This document shows, piece by piece, positions 26,378 to 40,370 of a DNA stretch of 64,000 nt; the first letter of the stretch is position 1, and every line of letters begins with the position of its first letter. The position numbers were made by a program, and so were the translations under genes. The DNA comes from Octopus sinensis (taxonomy: Eukaryota), in assembly GCF_006345805.1 (NCBI RefSeq), contig NC_043013.1, forward strand, positions 6,138,001 through 6,202,000, read 5' to 3'. The notes below the pieces were generated by a model. That model searched no databases. It was not told the DNA's origin and worked only from the letters and a program-made list of their open reading frames with translations.

Positions 26378-26831
26378 AACACACACACACACATATATAT
26401 TATAGTGGTGTAGGCCAGTTTATGGGGTTACCCTGGGTTTCTTGCTCATATGGGGTTTAGCTTTATGGCATATCTTCAGACCCCAAACCATGCTGGCCTG
26501 AGACCTCTTTAAAATATGGAGGGGAGAAAATACCTCATTTTAAAGTTAAAAATCCCAGGTGATTATCAATCTCCGACTGTATCACCATCTTGCAGTCACC
26601 AAAGAACCATGTACTTATTCTATCGGTCTCTTTTGCCGCACTGCTAAGTTGTGGGGATGTAAACACGGGGGGGGGGGGGGAACAAACACAGACACACGAA
26701 TACACACACACATGACAAGCTTTAGTAGAAGATACTTGCTCAAGGTGCGACACAGTGGAACTGAACCCGGAACCATGTGGTTGGGAAGCGAGCTATAGTT
26801 TCTTTTTATTGTTACCATATATATACGTATT

Positions 26832-26865
<34 letters not shown>

Positions 26866-26997
26866 ACACAAACTCATTTACACTTATCTAAAACTGTTTA
26901 CAGTCTCTTTTCTATTTTGAGGTATATACATATATACATACATGTATAACTGTATAAATGTTTACAACACTTTAGTTAGGTGTATAGACTAACTTCT

Positions 26998-27035
<38 letters not shown>

Positions 27036-27256
27036 ACACACACGCACACACACACACACACACATATATTTGTAACTATTTCCATCATTCTAATTAGGCA
27101 CATGTGTATCCACGTACTCACACATATAGATATATACATACACACACGTACATGCACATATATATCAGATTGTTTACCCAATCTATTCAGAGAAGTGTGT
27201 TTAATGTGTGTGTGTATAATATTATATATACATTTGTGTATATATATATATATATA

Positions 27257-27305
<49 letters not shown>

Positions 27306-27339
27306 TCTGGCTGTCTCTGTTTCTCTCTCTCTCTCACAC

Positions 27340-27377
<38 letters not shown>

Positions 27378-28081
27378 AATGCACATATATATGTTTAAAT
27401 GTAAATACACACATATATATATATATTTGTGGCATCGATGTCTTCCCCACCCCACCCCACCCCACCCCTCACAATCACTGAAAAATAAAAATAAATCTAT
27501 CAAAGGTCTATCTATTTGCTGGTTGGTGAGGTTGATACTGATAGCAGGCGGGGTGGGGTGGGGGTAATGGACTGGGGTTGATACTGTCGGTAGCCAGGTG
27601 GGGGTGTAATGATAAATCAATAGAGCTCACCAAGATTTTTGGCAGCTGTAATTAATATGAAAATATCAGTAGGATATTTGTATACACACACACACACAAA
27701 CACATGCAAGACTATATTTGCATTTAAGGAGAGGGAGAGGAAGAAGAATTGAGAGAGAAATAGGAAGAAAAGCGAGAGAGGGAAAGAGTAAGAAGAATAT
27801 GATGGTAGAGAAGCAGGCGTAGTAGAAAGAGGGGGATAGAGGACAGTTGTGGAGAGATTGATGTGGAAGATAGGAGAGTAAGGCTAAAGAGAAGAGGAAG
27901 ATTGTGGTAGAAGAAAGGTGAGAGAGATCTAGGAAGATTTGTTGTGGACAAACAGATGTTAGGAGACAGGTACTGACAGATGTAAACAGATACGAACAAA
28001 CAAATGTAATGAGACAGGTACAGACAGATAGGTGTAGACTGGTATGGGCAGACAGATGTTAAGGGAACAAGTCAGACACAA

Positions 28082-29670
28082 ATGTAAGGAGACAGGTACA
28101 AACAGACAGATGTAAGGAGACAGGTACAAACAGACAGATGTAAGGAGACAGGTACAGACAGATGTAAGGAGACAGGTACAGACAGACAGATGTAAGGAGA
28201 CAAGTACAGACAGATGTAAGGAGACAAGTACAAACAGACAGATGTAAGGAGACAGGTACAGACAGACAGATGTAAGGAGACAGGTACAGACAGATGTAAG
28301 GAGACAGGTACAGACAGACAGATGTAAGGAGACAAGTACAGACAGATGTAAGGAGACAAGTACAGACAGATGTAAGGAGACAAGTACAAACAGACAGATG
28401 TAAGGAGACAGGTACAGACAGACAGATGTAAGGAGACAAGTACAGACAGACAGATGTAAGGAGACAAGTACAGACAGACAGATGTAAGGAGACAAGTACA
28501 GACAGATGTAAGGAGACAAGTACAAACAGACAGATGTAAGGAGACAGGTGCAGACAGACAGATGTAAGAAGACAAGTACAGACAGACAGATGTAAGGAGA
28601 CAAGTACAGACAGACAGATGTAAGGAGACAGGTACAGACAGATGTAAGGAGACAAGTACAAACAGACAGATGTAAGGAGACAGGTACAGACAGACAGATG
28701 TAAGGAGACAAGTACAGACAGATGTAAGGAGACAAGTACAAACAGACAGATGTAAGGAGACAGGTGCAGACAGACAGATGTAAGAAGACAAGTACAGACA
28801 GACAGATGTAAGGAGACAAGTACAGACAGACAGATGTAAGGAGACAGGTACAGACAGACAGATGTAAGGAGACAGGTACAGACAGACAGATGTAAGGAGA
28901 CAGGTGCAAACAGACAGATGTAAGGAAACAGATACAAACAGACAGATGTAAGGAGACAGGTACAGACAGACAGATGTAAGGAGACAGGTACAGACAGACA
29001 GATGTAAGGAAACAGGTACAGACAGACAGATGTAAGGAGACAGGTACAAACAGACAGATGTAAGGAAACAGGTACAGACAGACAGATGTAAGGAGACAGG
29101 TACAGACAGACAGATGTAAGGAGACAGGTGCAAACAGACAGATGTAAGGAAACAGATACAAACAGACAGATGTAAGGAGACAGGTGCAAACAGACAGATG
29201 TAAGGAAACAGATACAAGCAGACAGATGTAAGGAGACAGGTACAAACAGACAGATGTAAGGAGACAGGTACAGACAGATGTAAGGAGACAGGTACAAACA
29301 GACAGATGTAAGGAGACAGGTACAGACAGATGTAAGGAGACAGGTACAAACAGACAGATGTAAGGAGACAGGTACAGACAGATGTAAGGAGACAGGTACA
29401 AACAGACAGATGTAAGGAGACAGGTACAAACAGACAGATGTAAGGAAACAGATACAAACAGACAGATGTAAGGAGACAGGTACAGACAGACAGATGTAAG
29501 GAGACAGGTGCAGACAGACAGATGTAAGGAGACAGGTACAGACAGATGTAAGGAGACAGGTACAGACAGACAGATGTAAGGAGACAGGTACAAACAGACA
29601 GATGTAGACAGGTACGAACAGATAGATGTAGACAGGTATGGACAGACAGATGTAAGGAGACAGGTACAGA
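28082..29670 (+). repeat. 24/28-bp minisatellite (GATGTAAGGAGACARGTACARACA[GACA])n, copy 1
   Basis: Dozens of tandem units. Explains the 460-670 aa minus-strand pseudo-ORFs. Confidence 0.95.
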
Positions 29671-30686
29671 TAAACAGATTTAAGTTGACAGGTACAGATG
29701 TATGCAGACAAGTGCAAGTGAAATATGCAGACAGATACAAGATAGACAGACAGATGTGTGGCAGATATATAGACTGATGCAAAGTACACAGACAAACAGA
29801 CAGATAGAAAAAAGACGGACAAATTAAATGTAAGCCAAACAACTACAAGAAGACACATGTAGGAAGACACAGACAGACACGAGTAGAGGGATAGAGAGAC
29901 ATGTGTAAAGAGACAAGCAGACAATTATAGGGAGACAGAGAGACATGTGTAACAGGGAGACACAAGTGTATTTAGAGTGATGGAAGAAGCAATGGAAAGT
30001 GAAGAAAAATTGATTATTCTTCAATTGAAATGTCCAATGTTGTGTGGTTGGTCGAACAGAAAGAAAAGGAATAAAAAAAAAATGACATGAAAAAGAGAAA
30101 GAGAGAGAAAAATGTCTGAATGAAAATAGCTACATGGAACTAGTTTTTCTAACATAGTGCAATTTAACAACCGTATGCACACACGCATGCATATAAATGC
30201 ACATGTATAAAATACAATACATATATATATATACTTATACTCAACCATGTGTACATATGTATGCAAATATGTAACTCTATGTGTGTGTGCGTGTGTGTAT
30301 ATATATATATATATATTATATATACACTTACACTTACACTTACACATACATATATACTCACACACACACACACACACCACACACACACACACACACACCA
30401 CACACACACACACACACACATATATTTAACTATTTCCATCATTCTAATTAGGCACATGTGTATCCACGTACTCACACATATAGATATATACATACACACA
30501 CGTACATGCACATATATATCAGATTGTTTACCCAATCTATTCAGAGAAGTGTGTTTAATGTGTGTGTGTATAATATTATATATACATTTGTGTATATATA
30601 TATATATAATATATATGTGTGTGTGTGTGGTGTGTGTGTGTGTGTGTGTTTGTCTGGCTGTCTCTGTTTCTCTCTCTCTCTCACAC

Positions 30687-30723
<37 letters not shown>

Positions 30724-31427
30724 TAAATGCACATATATATGTTTAAATGTAAATACACACATATATATATATATTTGTGGCATCGATGTCTTCCCCACCC
30801 CACCCCACCCCACCCCTCACAATCACTGAAAAATAAAAATAAATCTATCAAAGGTCTATCTATTTGCTGGTTGGTGAGGTTGATACTGATAGCAGGCGGG
30901 GTGGTGGGGTGGGGGTAATGGACTGGGGTTGATACTGTCGGTAGCCAGGTGGGGTGTAATGATAAATCAATAGAGCTCACCAAGATTTTTGGCAGCTGTA
31001 ATTAATATGAAAATATCAGTAGGATATTTGTATACACACACACACACAAACACATGCAAGACTATATTTGCATTTAAGGAGAGGGAGAGGAAGAAGAATT
31101 GAGAGAGAAATAGGAAGAAAAGCGAGAGGGAAAGAGTAAGAAGAATATGATGGTAGAGAAGCAGGCGTAGAAAGAGGGGGATAGAGGACAGTTGTGGAGA
31201 GATTGATGTGGAAGATAGGAGAGTAAGGCTAAAGAGAAGAGGAAGATTGTGGTAGAAGAAAGGTGAGAGAGATCTAGGAAGATTTGTTGTGGACAAACAG
31301 ATGTTAGGAGACAGGTACTGACAGATGTAAACAGATACGAACAAACAAATGTAATGAGACAGGTACAGACAGATAGGTGTAGACTGGTATGGGCAGACAG
31401 ATGTTAAGGGAACAAGTCAGACACAAA

Positions 31428-33070
31428 TGTAAGGAGACAGGTACAAACAGACAGATTGTAAGGAGACAGGTACAAACAGACAGATGTAAGGAGACAGGTA
31501 CAGACAGATGTAAGGAGACAGGTACAGACAGACAGATGTAAGGAGACAAGTACAGACAGATGTAAGGAGACAAGTACAAACAGACAGATGTAAGGAGACA
31601 GGTACAGACAGACAGATGTAAGAGACAAGTACAGACAGATGTAAGGAGACAGGTACAGACAGACAGATGTAAGGAGACAAGTACAGACAGATGTAAGGAG
31701 ACAAGTACAAACAGACAGATGTAAGGAGACAGGTACAGGACAGACAGATGTAAGGAAACAGATACAAGCAGACAGATGTAAGGGACAGGTACAGACAGAT
31801 GTAAGGAGACAAGTACAGACAGACAGATGTAAGGAGACAAGTACAGACAGATTGTAAGGAGACAGGTACAGGACAGACAGATGTAAGAGACAAGTACAGA
31901 CAGACAGATGTAAGGAAACAGGTACAGACAGACAGATGTAAGGAGACAGGTACAGACAGATGTAAGAGACAAGTACAGACAGATGTAAGGAGACAGTACA
32001 GACAGATGTAGGAGACAAGTACAAACAGACAGATGTAAGGAGGACAGGTACAGACAGACAGATGTAAGGAGACAAGTACAGACAGATGTAAGGAGACAAG
32101 TACAAACAGACAGATGTAAGGAGACAGGTGCAGACAGACAGATGTAAGAAGACAGTACAGACAGACAGATGTAAGGAGACAAGTACAGACAGACAGATGT
32201 AAGAGAGACAGGTACAGACAGACAGATGTAAGGAGACAGGTACAGACAGACAGATGTAAGGAGACAGGTGCAAACAGACAGATGTAAGGAAACAGATACA
32301 AACAGACAGATGTAGGAGACAGGTACAGACAGACAGATGTAAGGAGACAGTACAGACAGACAGATGTAAGGAAAGGAAACAGGTACAGACAGACAGATGT
32401 AAGGAGACAGGTACAACAGACAGATGTAAGGAAACAGGTACAGACAGACAGATGTAAGGAGACAGGTACAGACAGACAGATGTAAGGAGACAGGTGCAAA
32501 CAGACAGATGTAAGGAAACAGATACAAACAGACAGATGTAAGGAGACAGGTGCAAACAGACAGATGTAAGGAAACAGATACAAGCAGACAGATGTAAGGA
32601 GACAGGTACAAACAGACAGATGTAAGGAGACAGGTACCAGACAGATGTAAGGAGACAGGTACAAACAGACAGATGTAAGGAGACAGGTACAGGACAGACA
32701 GATGTAAGGAGACAGGTGCAAACAGACAGATGTAAGGAGACAGGTACAGACAGATGTAAGGAGACAGGTACAAACAGACAGATTGTAAGGAGACAGGTAC
32801 AAACAGACAGATGTAAGGAAACAGATACAAACAGACAGATGTAGGAGACAGGTACAGGACAGACAGATGTAAGGAGACAGGTACAGGACAGACAGATGTA
32901 AGGAGACAGTACAGACAGATGTAAGGAGACAGGTACAGACAGATGTAAGGAGACAGGTACAGAACAGACAGATGTAAGGAGACAGGTACAAACAGACAGA
33001 TGTAGACAGGTACGAACAGATAGATGTAGACAGGTATGGACAGACAGATGTAAGGAGACAGGTACAGATA
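31428..33070 (+). repeat. Same minisatellite, copy 2, indel-rich
   Basis: Same unit order as copy 1 with many 1-2-nt indels. Confidence 0.95.
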
Positions 33071-33689
33071 AACAGATTTAAGTTGACAGGTACAGATGTA
33101 TGCAGACAAGTGCAAGTGAAATATGCAGACAGATACAAGATAGACAGACAGATGTGTGGCAGATATATAGACTGATGCAAAGTACACAGACAAACAGACA
33201 GATAGAAAAAAGACGGACAAATTAAATGTAAGCCAAACAACTACAAGAAGACACATGTAGGAAGACACAGACAGACACGAGTAGAGGGATAGAGAGACAT
33301 GTGTAAAGAGACAAGCAGACAATTATAGGGAGACAGAGAGACATGTGTAACAGGGAGACACAAGTGTATTTAGAGTGATGGAAGAAGCAATGGAAAGTGA
33401 AGAAAAATTGATTATTCTTCAATAGTGAAATGTCCAATGTTGTGTGGTTGGTCGAACAGAAAGAAAAGGAATAAAAAAAAAATGACATGAAAAAGAGAAA
33501 GAGAGAGAAAAATGTCTGAATGAAAATAGCTACATGGAACTAGTTTTTCTAACATAGTGCAATTTAACAACCGTATGCACACACGCATGCATATAAATGC
33601 ACATGTATAAAATACAATACATATATATATATACTTATACTCAACCATGTGTACATATGTATGCAAATATGTAACTCTATGTGTGTGTG

Positions 33690-33728
<39 letters not shown>

Positions 33729-34282
33729 TTACACTTACACTTACACATACATATATACTCACACACACACACACACACACACATATATTCACTTATGCAC
33801 AAACATATACATACATAAACAAATATATGCGCATATGCATACATACGAATGTACATATGTATATTCATTTAGACACAAACACACACGGACACACACACGT
33901 TTCCATACACTAATACACAGTTTCAGCGATATAACACTAAATTCTTTACCCCCCTCCCCCCTTCCCACCACTCCTCCAATATCAAACAAGTCTCTGCACT
34001 TTACCAAAATCTTGTAATTAACATCTTTAACAAGTTTTCTTACTGATTGTTTTGTTTTTCTTTTGGTTTTCTTCTTTCTTGCTCTCTTTCATTTTTTTTT
34101 TATTAAATTCAACTCCCTCCCTCTCTCTCTCTCTCTCTCTTTCTCTCCATTTCCCCCTCTCTGTCTTCCTCTTCCTTTCTTGCTCTCTTTCAATTTCCTT
34201 CTCATTCTTTCTACCTTTTCCTCTTCTCTTTTCCTTTGGCTCTCCTCTTTTCCTCTTCCTCTGTTCTTTACTTTTTGCTCTT

Positions 34283-34315
<33 letters not shown>

Positions 34316-35991
34316 GTGTCTTTCTCTTCCTTTCTCTTTCTCTCCCATTCGCTTTCAATTTCTTTCTCATTCTTTCTACCCCTTCCTCTTCTCTTTTCCT
34401 TAGGCTCTCCTCTTTTTTTCTTCTTCTATCTTTACTTTCTCTCTCTCTCTCTCTCTCTTTCCCAACTTCTTATTCGTTTTCTTGTCTCTTCCTTTTCTTT
34501 TTTCTTCTTCTTTTGATTCCCTTTTCTTCTTCTTCTATTCATTACTCTCTCTTTCTCTCCCCCCCCCACATACACACATCAGTCTTTTTCTTTCTGCTTC
34601 TTGCTCTCAATATTTCCCTCCTTCTCATTCATCCTCTACTTCTTCTCTCTCCGTCTCTCCTTCTTCTCTCTCCGTCTCTCCTTCAACAAACAGTAGAGAC
34701 GTACATGAAGCTAGCATTAGTTATTTCCGAGTATTTCTTCCAGTTTAAAACAGAAAATGTTCCTTGGTTTCTGTTTTTCGTTTCTGTTTTTTCTTTTCTA
34801 ACGTTGGTCTTGAAACTCTGGCAAACTCTACTTCATAATAATCATCATGTTTTGTCACTCTGCCAGTTTCTCTGTCTGTTTGTCTCTTTCTTTCTCTCTG
34901 TCTCTTAGATCTTTGTCTTAGGGAGCCAGGAAGATGAACACTATCAGCACCACAAGAATCATCATCATCATCATCATTGTCATTATCATCACCACCGCCA
35001 CCATTATCATCACAACTGTAATCACCACCACCACCACCAATGATAGTAACGGTGATGATAATGCTTTCTTACATACACAAGATATACACACAAACATACA
35101 CACGTGCAAAGACACACATACACACACACACATACACACACACACACACACACAGAACACTTTTTCAGTATATAATGAATGTTTCATGTCAATTGTACGA
35201 TATATTCCAAGGAAATCTGATCCAAAAATTGTCATTAAACATGAAAAATGCTAAAGAATGCTGAGTGAAACCAGAACCAAAAGAGACAATCTTGGGTGGC
35301 ACCGAGTGTAAAACTCTCACAAAATATTCTTTGCCATATTCTGCTATCAACCCTGACAACTGTGTGTGCATGTGCGCACACATGTGTGTTTGTGAATGTG
35401 TGTGTGTGTGTGAATGTACACTTGCACAGTTACGTTTTCCTACGTAGGCATTTCTGTGAGTGCATATTGATGTGTGTGTGTGTGTGCTTCTGTGTGTGTG
35501 TGCTTCTGTGTGTGTGTGCTTCTGTGTGTGTGCTTCTGTGTGTGTGTGCTTCTGTGTGTGTGTGCTTCTGTGTGTGTGTATATAAAGCTATGAATGTTTC
35601 TGCTTCTGTATGTGTTTGTGTTAGGATTCTGTGTGAAGAGTTGAGCGTACCCACAAGTACCAGTTGAGTGCTGGGGTTAATGTAATCAACTTCCCTGAAA
35701 TTGCTGGCCTTGTGCCTAAATATGAAACCATTGTCGTCATCGTCGTCATCAATGACGACGGCTGAGTGAGCAATGCATGCCATCAAAGTGACACTGGGGT
35801 ACAAATGTATGAAGCCCAATATACTTACCATATTTATATCTGTCTGATAGGGGTACATCAAGCACATGCATCACAACCATATGTGCAGGGCATGGCAATC
35901 TCATAAACAGTGCATGATCTTGCAGGTGGGGCCCAGTTAGAATTTTCTATGGGTTGAGTAGTCCATCCCTATTATTATTATTATTATTATT

Positions 35992-36531
35992 GAGTGAGAG
36001 AGCAGTTCATGCCATCAAAGTGACACTGGGGTAAAATATACGAAGCCCAATATACCCATCATGACTACCCGTCTGATAAAGATACACCAGGCACATGCAT
36101 CACAACCATATGTGCACGACAATGATCACATATCAAGATAAACAGTGCATGACCTTGCAGGTGGGGCCCAGTTAAAATTTTCTTCAGGTTGAGTAGCCCA
36201 TCCCGCTCAAACGGTCCCTGAATAAGGGTTGTTTAAGGATGTTGAAAGAACCACCCATGTTTCCAGAGGTGAATTATTCAAACCCCAAAGAATCCCTCTC
36301 AACACATGGCTATGATGCTCCCCCACTACTTCTGCTCGTGATCAGAGATGCACATATCGTCAGCCACTAAGGGACATGTTCAACTGGTTAAGGTCAAACA
36401 ACTGACAAGCAAATCTGTGGTATTGAGCAGAATATTTGCTCTAGCCCATCTTTTATACCAAGACAAAACAATGTACATGATAACACTTCCAATCAGTTAA
36501 GATCAGAAGCCATGAGAGCCACTGCCTGGTA
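35992..36531 (+). mobile_element. Unclassified interspersed repeat bounded by (ATT)n
   Basis: Starts gagtgagagagcagttcatgccatcaaagtgacactgggg. Partial copies at about 35762-35970 and 38958-39098. Confidence 0.6.
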
Positions 36532-36584
<53 letters not shown>

Positions 36585-37320
36585 TGTTGTTGTTATTATT
36601 ATTATCATTACTATTGTTATTATTATTATTAGGCAAGAGCTGGCAGAATTGTTAGCTTGCTGAGTGAAAAGCTTAGTGGCATTTTGTCTGTCCTCACGTT
36701 TTCTGACTTCAAATCCTACCGAGGTCAACTTTGCCTTTCATCCTCTTGGGGTTAATAAAATGGGTACCAGTCAAACACTGGGGTTGATATACTCAACTTC
36801 TCCCCTTCCCAGAAACTGTTGGCCTTGTGCCACAGTTTGAAACCATTATTATTATTAATATTAATAATAAGCTGAGCTGGCAGAGTTGTTAGCACACCGG
36901 GTGAAATTTTTAGCAGTATTTCATTTGTTTTTACAGTCTGAGTTCAAATTTCACTATGGCCAACTTTGTCTTTCATCCTTTTGGGGTCAAAAAGATAAGT
37001 TCCTGATGAGTACTGGTGTCGATGTAATAGACTATCATCTTCCCCCTAATTTCAAGCCTTGTGCCTATAGTAGAAGGTATTATTATTATTATTATTATCT
37101 TCGTTCAATTCTGTTTCCATTTCTTGCTGAGTGTTTTCCTGTCTCCTAAGCTAGAGAAACGCACTGTATACATTGGTAGGCCATTAAAATAAACACATTA
37201 GATTGTTCATTTACCAAATCATGTGATAGAATGAAGGGGAAGAAAGACAGAGAAAAAGGAAAAAGAATAAAAAATAAAAAAATGTAAACAAAAAATAAAG
37301 TGGGGAAAAGGAAAGAAAAT

Positions 37321-38700
37321 TCACAGCGACAATGCTCTTCTCAGTACGTGTGAGGTACCAGGTAAGTCAATCTTTCGCGCTTCCTGCATGGATGGTAAGC
37401 TAGGGATCATTCTTAAATCAATTTCAGTTCCTCTTTTTATCATTCCAAGTACTCCTACAATCACTGGTATTGTGACCGTCTTGAGATGCCACATCTTTTT
37501 GATTTCGGTGAGCAAATCCTATTTTTTTTCTGAGCTTATCAAATTTGCTTGCCAAGATATTATGGTTACTGGGTATGCTCATGTCAATCAATAAACAGAC
37601 TTTATTGTTTTTGTCCTTCATAACAATATCTGGTTTATTTGCTTTGATGGTCCAGTCTGTACATACTGGGAAGTCCCAAAGAATCGTTACATTTGCTCCC
37701 TTAGTTACAGCCTCAGAGTGGCGCTTGTACCATATGTCAGCAGTTTTGATTTTATAATGCCAACACATTATCCATTGTAGATATTGGCCAACTCGGTCAT
37801 GTCTTGATCTGTACTCTACAGGTGCTAAAACCTTACACCCAGAAATTAGGTGATCCACTGTTTCAATCCCATAATTGCAGTATCGGCACTTTGGGTCTAC
37901 ACCATTTTTCCTCATATTAGTTTGATAGTTCTGGGTCAATAAGCTCTGATCTTGAGCAGCCAAGATAAAGCCACCACTCTCTGCCTTTAGCCCTGAGCTC
38001 CATAGCCACTGATGGGTATGCTTCCGGTCTATATCAGCTTATTCGCTACAAGCCACACACTTGGCACGCAGAGGCTTTTGCTCCCACCTATCAGCCAATG
38101 TGTTTTGCTATTGATTTCACCTTCTTCGCAATTACAGTTGCCACACTTCCATCATGCTGTTCACCCTGGGTATTATGAATAAACTCACTTGAAAATTTTT
38201 TACTCTCCTTCATAACAGAATGAAGCTTCTTAGGTCTTTCATGGTTTGCAACAAGCTATAGCATCCTGTAGTTAGATGTTTCAAGATATTTTGCCAGTTC
38301 AATTGTGGTGGTTTTGTAAGAGATTTCAAACTGGATCAAGCCTCAATCTCCTTGAGCTCTGGGTAGGTAAAGATGTTCTGTGTCTGCCTTTGGGCAGTGC
38401 ATCATATTGCAAGTCAACAGCTTACCGATTTTCTTGTCAGTCTTCCTTATTTCGCTCATATTCCAGTTCACCACATTGAAACTGTAAATAACAATCAGAG
38501 CTGCTAAAGAATTTATAGCTAACACCTTGTTACATGCATTTAACTTGGATTTTAGGACTGCTCAAACTCTCCTGTAACACTCCTTCCTGATCTTATCTCA
38601 AATGCTTGCATGCTGGATGTCAGAGCCCTCATTTAATCCAAGGTATTTGTAAGTTTGTTCCTGCTAGAGTTCGTGACTGTGTCAACAGCCAACACCTCTG
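37321..38700 (-). pseudogene. Degraded R4/Dong-like non-LTR retrotransposon ORF (RT end, CCHC knuckle, restriction-like endonuclease)
   Basis: Minus-strand translation gives QTYKYLG (about 38640-38660), AINSLAALIVIYSFNVVNWNMSEIRKTDKK, CRYC..ETVDHLISGC, RHDRV, ILWDFPV.TD..IKANKPDIV and LIDMSIP. Multiple frameshifts and stops. Confidence 0.85.
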
Positions 38701-38727
38701 AATGTGAGGTCTTATTACTTTTACTCA

Positions 38728-38945
38728 GGTGGTGAGCTGGCAGAATCATTAAGCACGCTGGACGGAATGCTTAGCAGTATTTCGTCCATCACTACGTTCT
38801 GAGTTCCAATTCCACCGAGGTCGACTTTGCCTTTCATCCTTTCAGGATCGATAAGTTAAGTACCAGTTGAACACTGGGGTTGATGTAATCGACTATCCCC
38901 CTCCCCCAAATTTCAGGCCTTGTGCCTATAGTAGAAAGGATTATT
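38728..38945 (+). mobile_element. tRNA-derived SINE family A, representative copy
   Basis: ggtggtgagctggcagaatc head, GAGTTC(C/A)AAT B box, (ATT)n tail. Further copies near 1173, 1551, 2724, 5960, 6449, 6689, 25667, 36631, 36874 and 47647 (+), and 14992-15220 and 43325-43555 (-). Confidence 0.85.
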
Positions 38946-39326
38946 ATTATTATTATTGAGTGAGAGAGCAGTTCATGCCATCAAAGTGACACTGGGCTAA
39001 AATATACGAAGCCCAATATACCCATCATGACTACCCGTCTGATAAAGGTACACCAGGCACATGCATCACAACCATATGTGTGCGACATGGTGATCTCATA
39101 TTATTATTATTATTATCATTATTATTTATTTTGACACTACACACATTTTTCCCTCCAGCCATCAAGTAGTATTGTATTCTCTTTCTCTCTTTCTCACTCT
39201 CTCTCTCTCTCTCTCCCTCTCCCTTTTGCTCTCCATTTCCTTGTGTCATATCCACTCTCTCCACCTCTTACATTTCCTAGGTACTTGTTTGTATTCCTCA
39301 GCTCCACTTGAAATAAAACTCAGCCA

Positions 39327-39384
39327 ACTTCCTGTTTACGGTGGTGAAAAGTGAAATTTAGAAAAGCCAATGCTGAAAGTGAAA
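39327..39384. promoter_or_regulatory. Possible promoter/enhancer motif cluster (FOX:ETS, two IRF-type, CCAAT)
   Basis: ACTTCCTGTTTAC (39327-39339), GAAAAGTGAAA (39346-39356), CCAAT (39367-39371) and GAAAGTGAAAC (39375-39385) in non-repeat DNA. Confidence 0.3.
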
Positions 39385-39614
39385 CAGAAAACTGGTGTTG
39401 TTTTGTGTGAAATACCCGTTTTTTTTCTGTTTCTTTTTTCTCTTTTTGCTTTCAAAAGTCATTTTGTTCTTTGTTCGTTTATTTATTGTTCCATAAATCA
39501 TTAGTTTTCCCAGGTTAGCATGGCTGGAACACGTTCTCGAAATTATGCCAATGGTTAAGTAAAATAAGGTCATTGTGAACAGAGCGTTAGCTGTGGATTT
39601 GCCATTAATCTGTG

Positions 39615-39800
39615 TGTAGATGTGTGTGTGTGTGTGTGTATACAGTATGTGTGTGTGTATGTGTGTGTATACTTGTTACTTGTATATATGTGTGTGTGTG
39701 TATATGGATATATGTATGCATGTGTGTGTGTGTATCTGTATGTATGAATATATGTGTGTGTGTGAATATATGTATAGATGGTATATGTGTGTGTGTATAT

Positions 39801-39834
<34 letters not shown>

Positions 39835-39985
39835 CATACATATGTTTTATATATATATATATATACATACATATGTTTATATATATATATATATATTATA
39901 TATACAACATATGTTATATATATATATATATATATACATACATATGTTTATATATATATATATATATATATACATACATATGTTT

Positions 39986-40017
<32 letters not shown>

Positions 40018-40031
40018 ATATACATACATAT

Positions 40032-40077
<46 letters not shown>

Positions 40078-40324
40078 ATATACACATATGCCTATATACA
40101 CACATATATATACATATATGTATGTATATATATGTACATATGTTTTTATATATATATATATACACATATACACATATATATGTACATATATGTACATATG
40201 TTTATATATATATATGTATATATATGTGTGTGTATGTGTAGATAGATGTATATATATATATATGTATGTGTGCGTGTGTATGTATGTATGTATGTATGTA
40301 TCTATGTATCTATCTATCTATGTA

Positions 40325-40370
<46 letters not shown>
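39615..40370. repeat. Compound (TG)/(TA)/(TACA) microsatellite field
   Basis: Direct inspection. Similar fields occur at about 8365-8645, 11530-12155, 21590-21935 and 48745-48930. Confidence 0.95.

Larger units (their letters stand above)
27060..33785 (+). repeat. Tandem duplication of a ~3.35-kb unit, breakpoints in (CA)n tracts
   Basis: 27104 aligns with 30458 (offset 3354) and 30024-30410 aligns with 33424-33780. Both copies contain the same minisatellite. Confidence 0.9.

Noticed and set aside
27959-33322. Six 380-670 aa minus-strand ORFs rich in C/L/S/V/Y
   Set aside because: They are read-through of a 24/28-bp minisatellite whose minus strand lacks stop codons. All frames are open and no domain is present.
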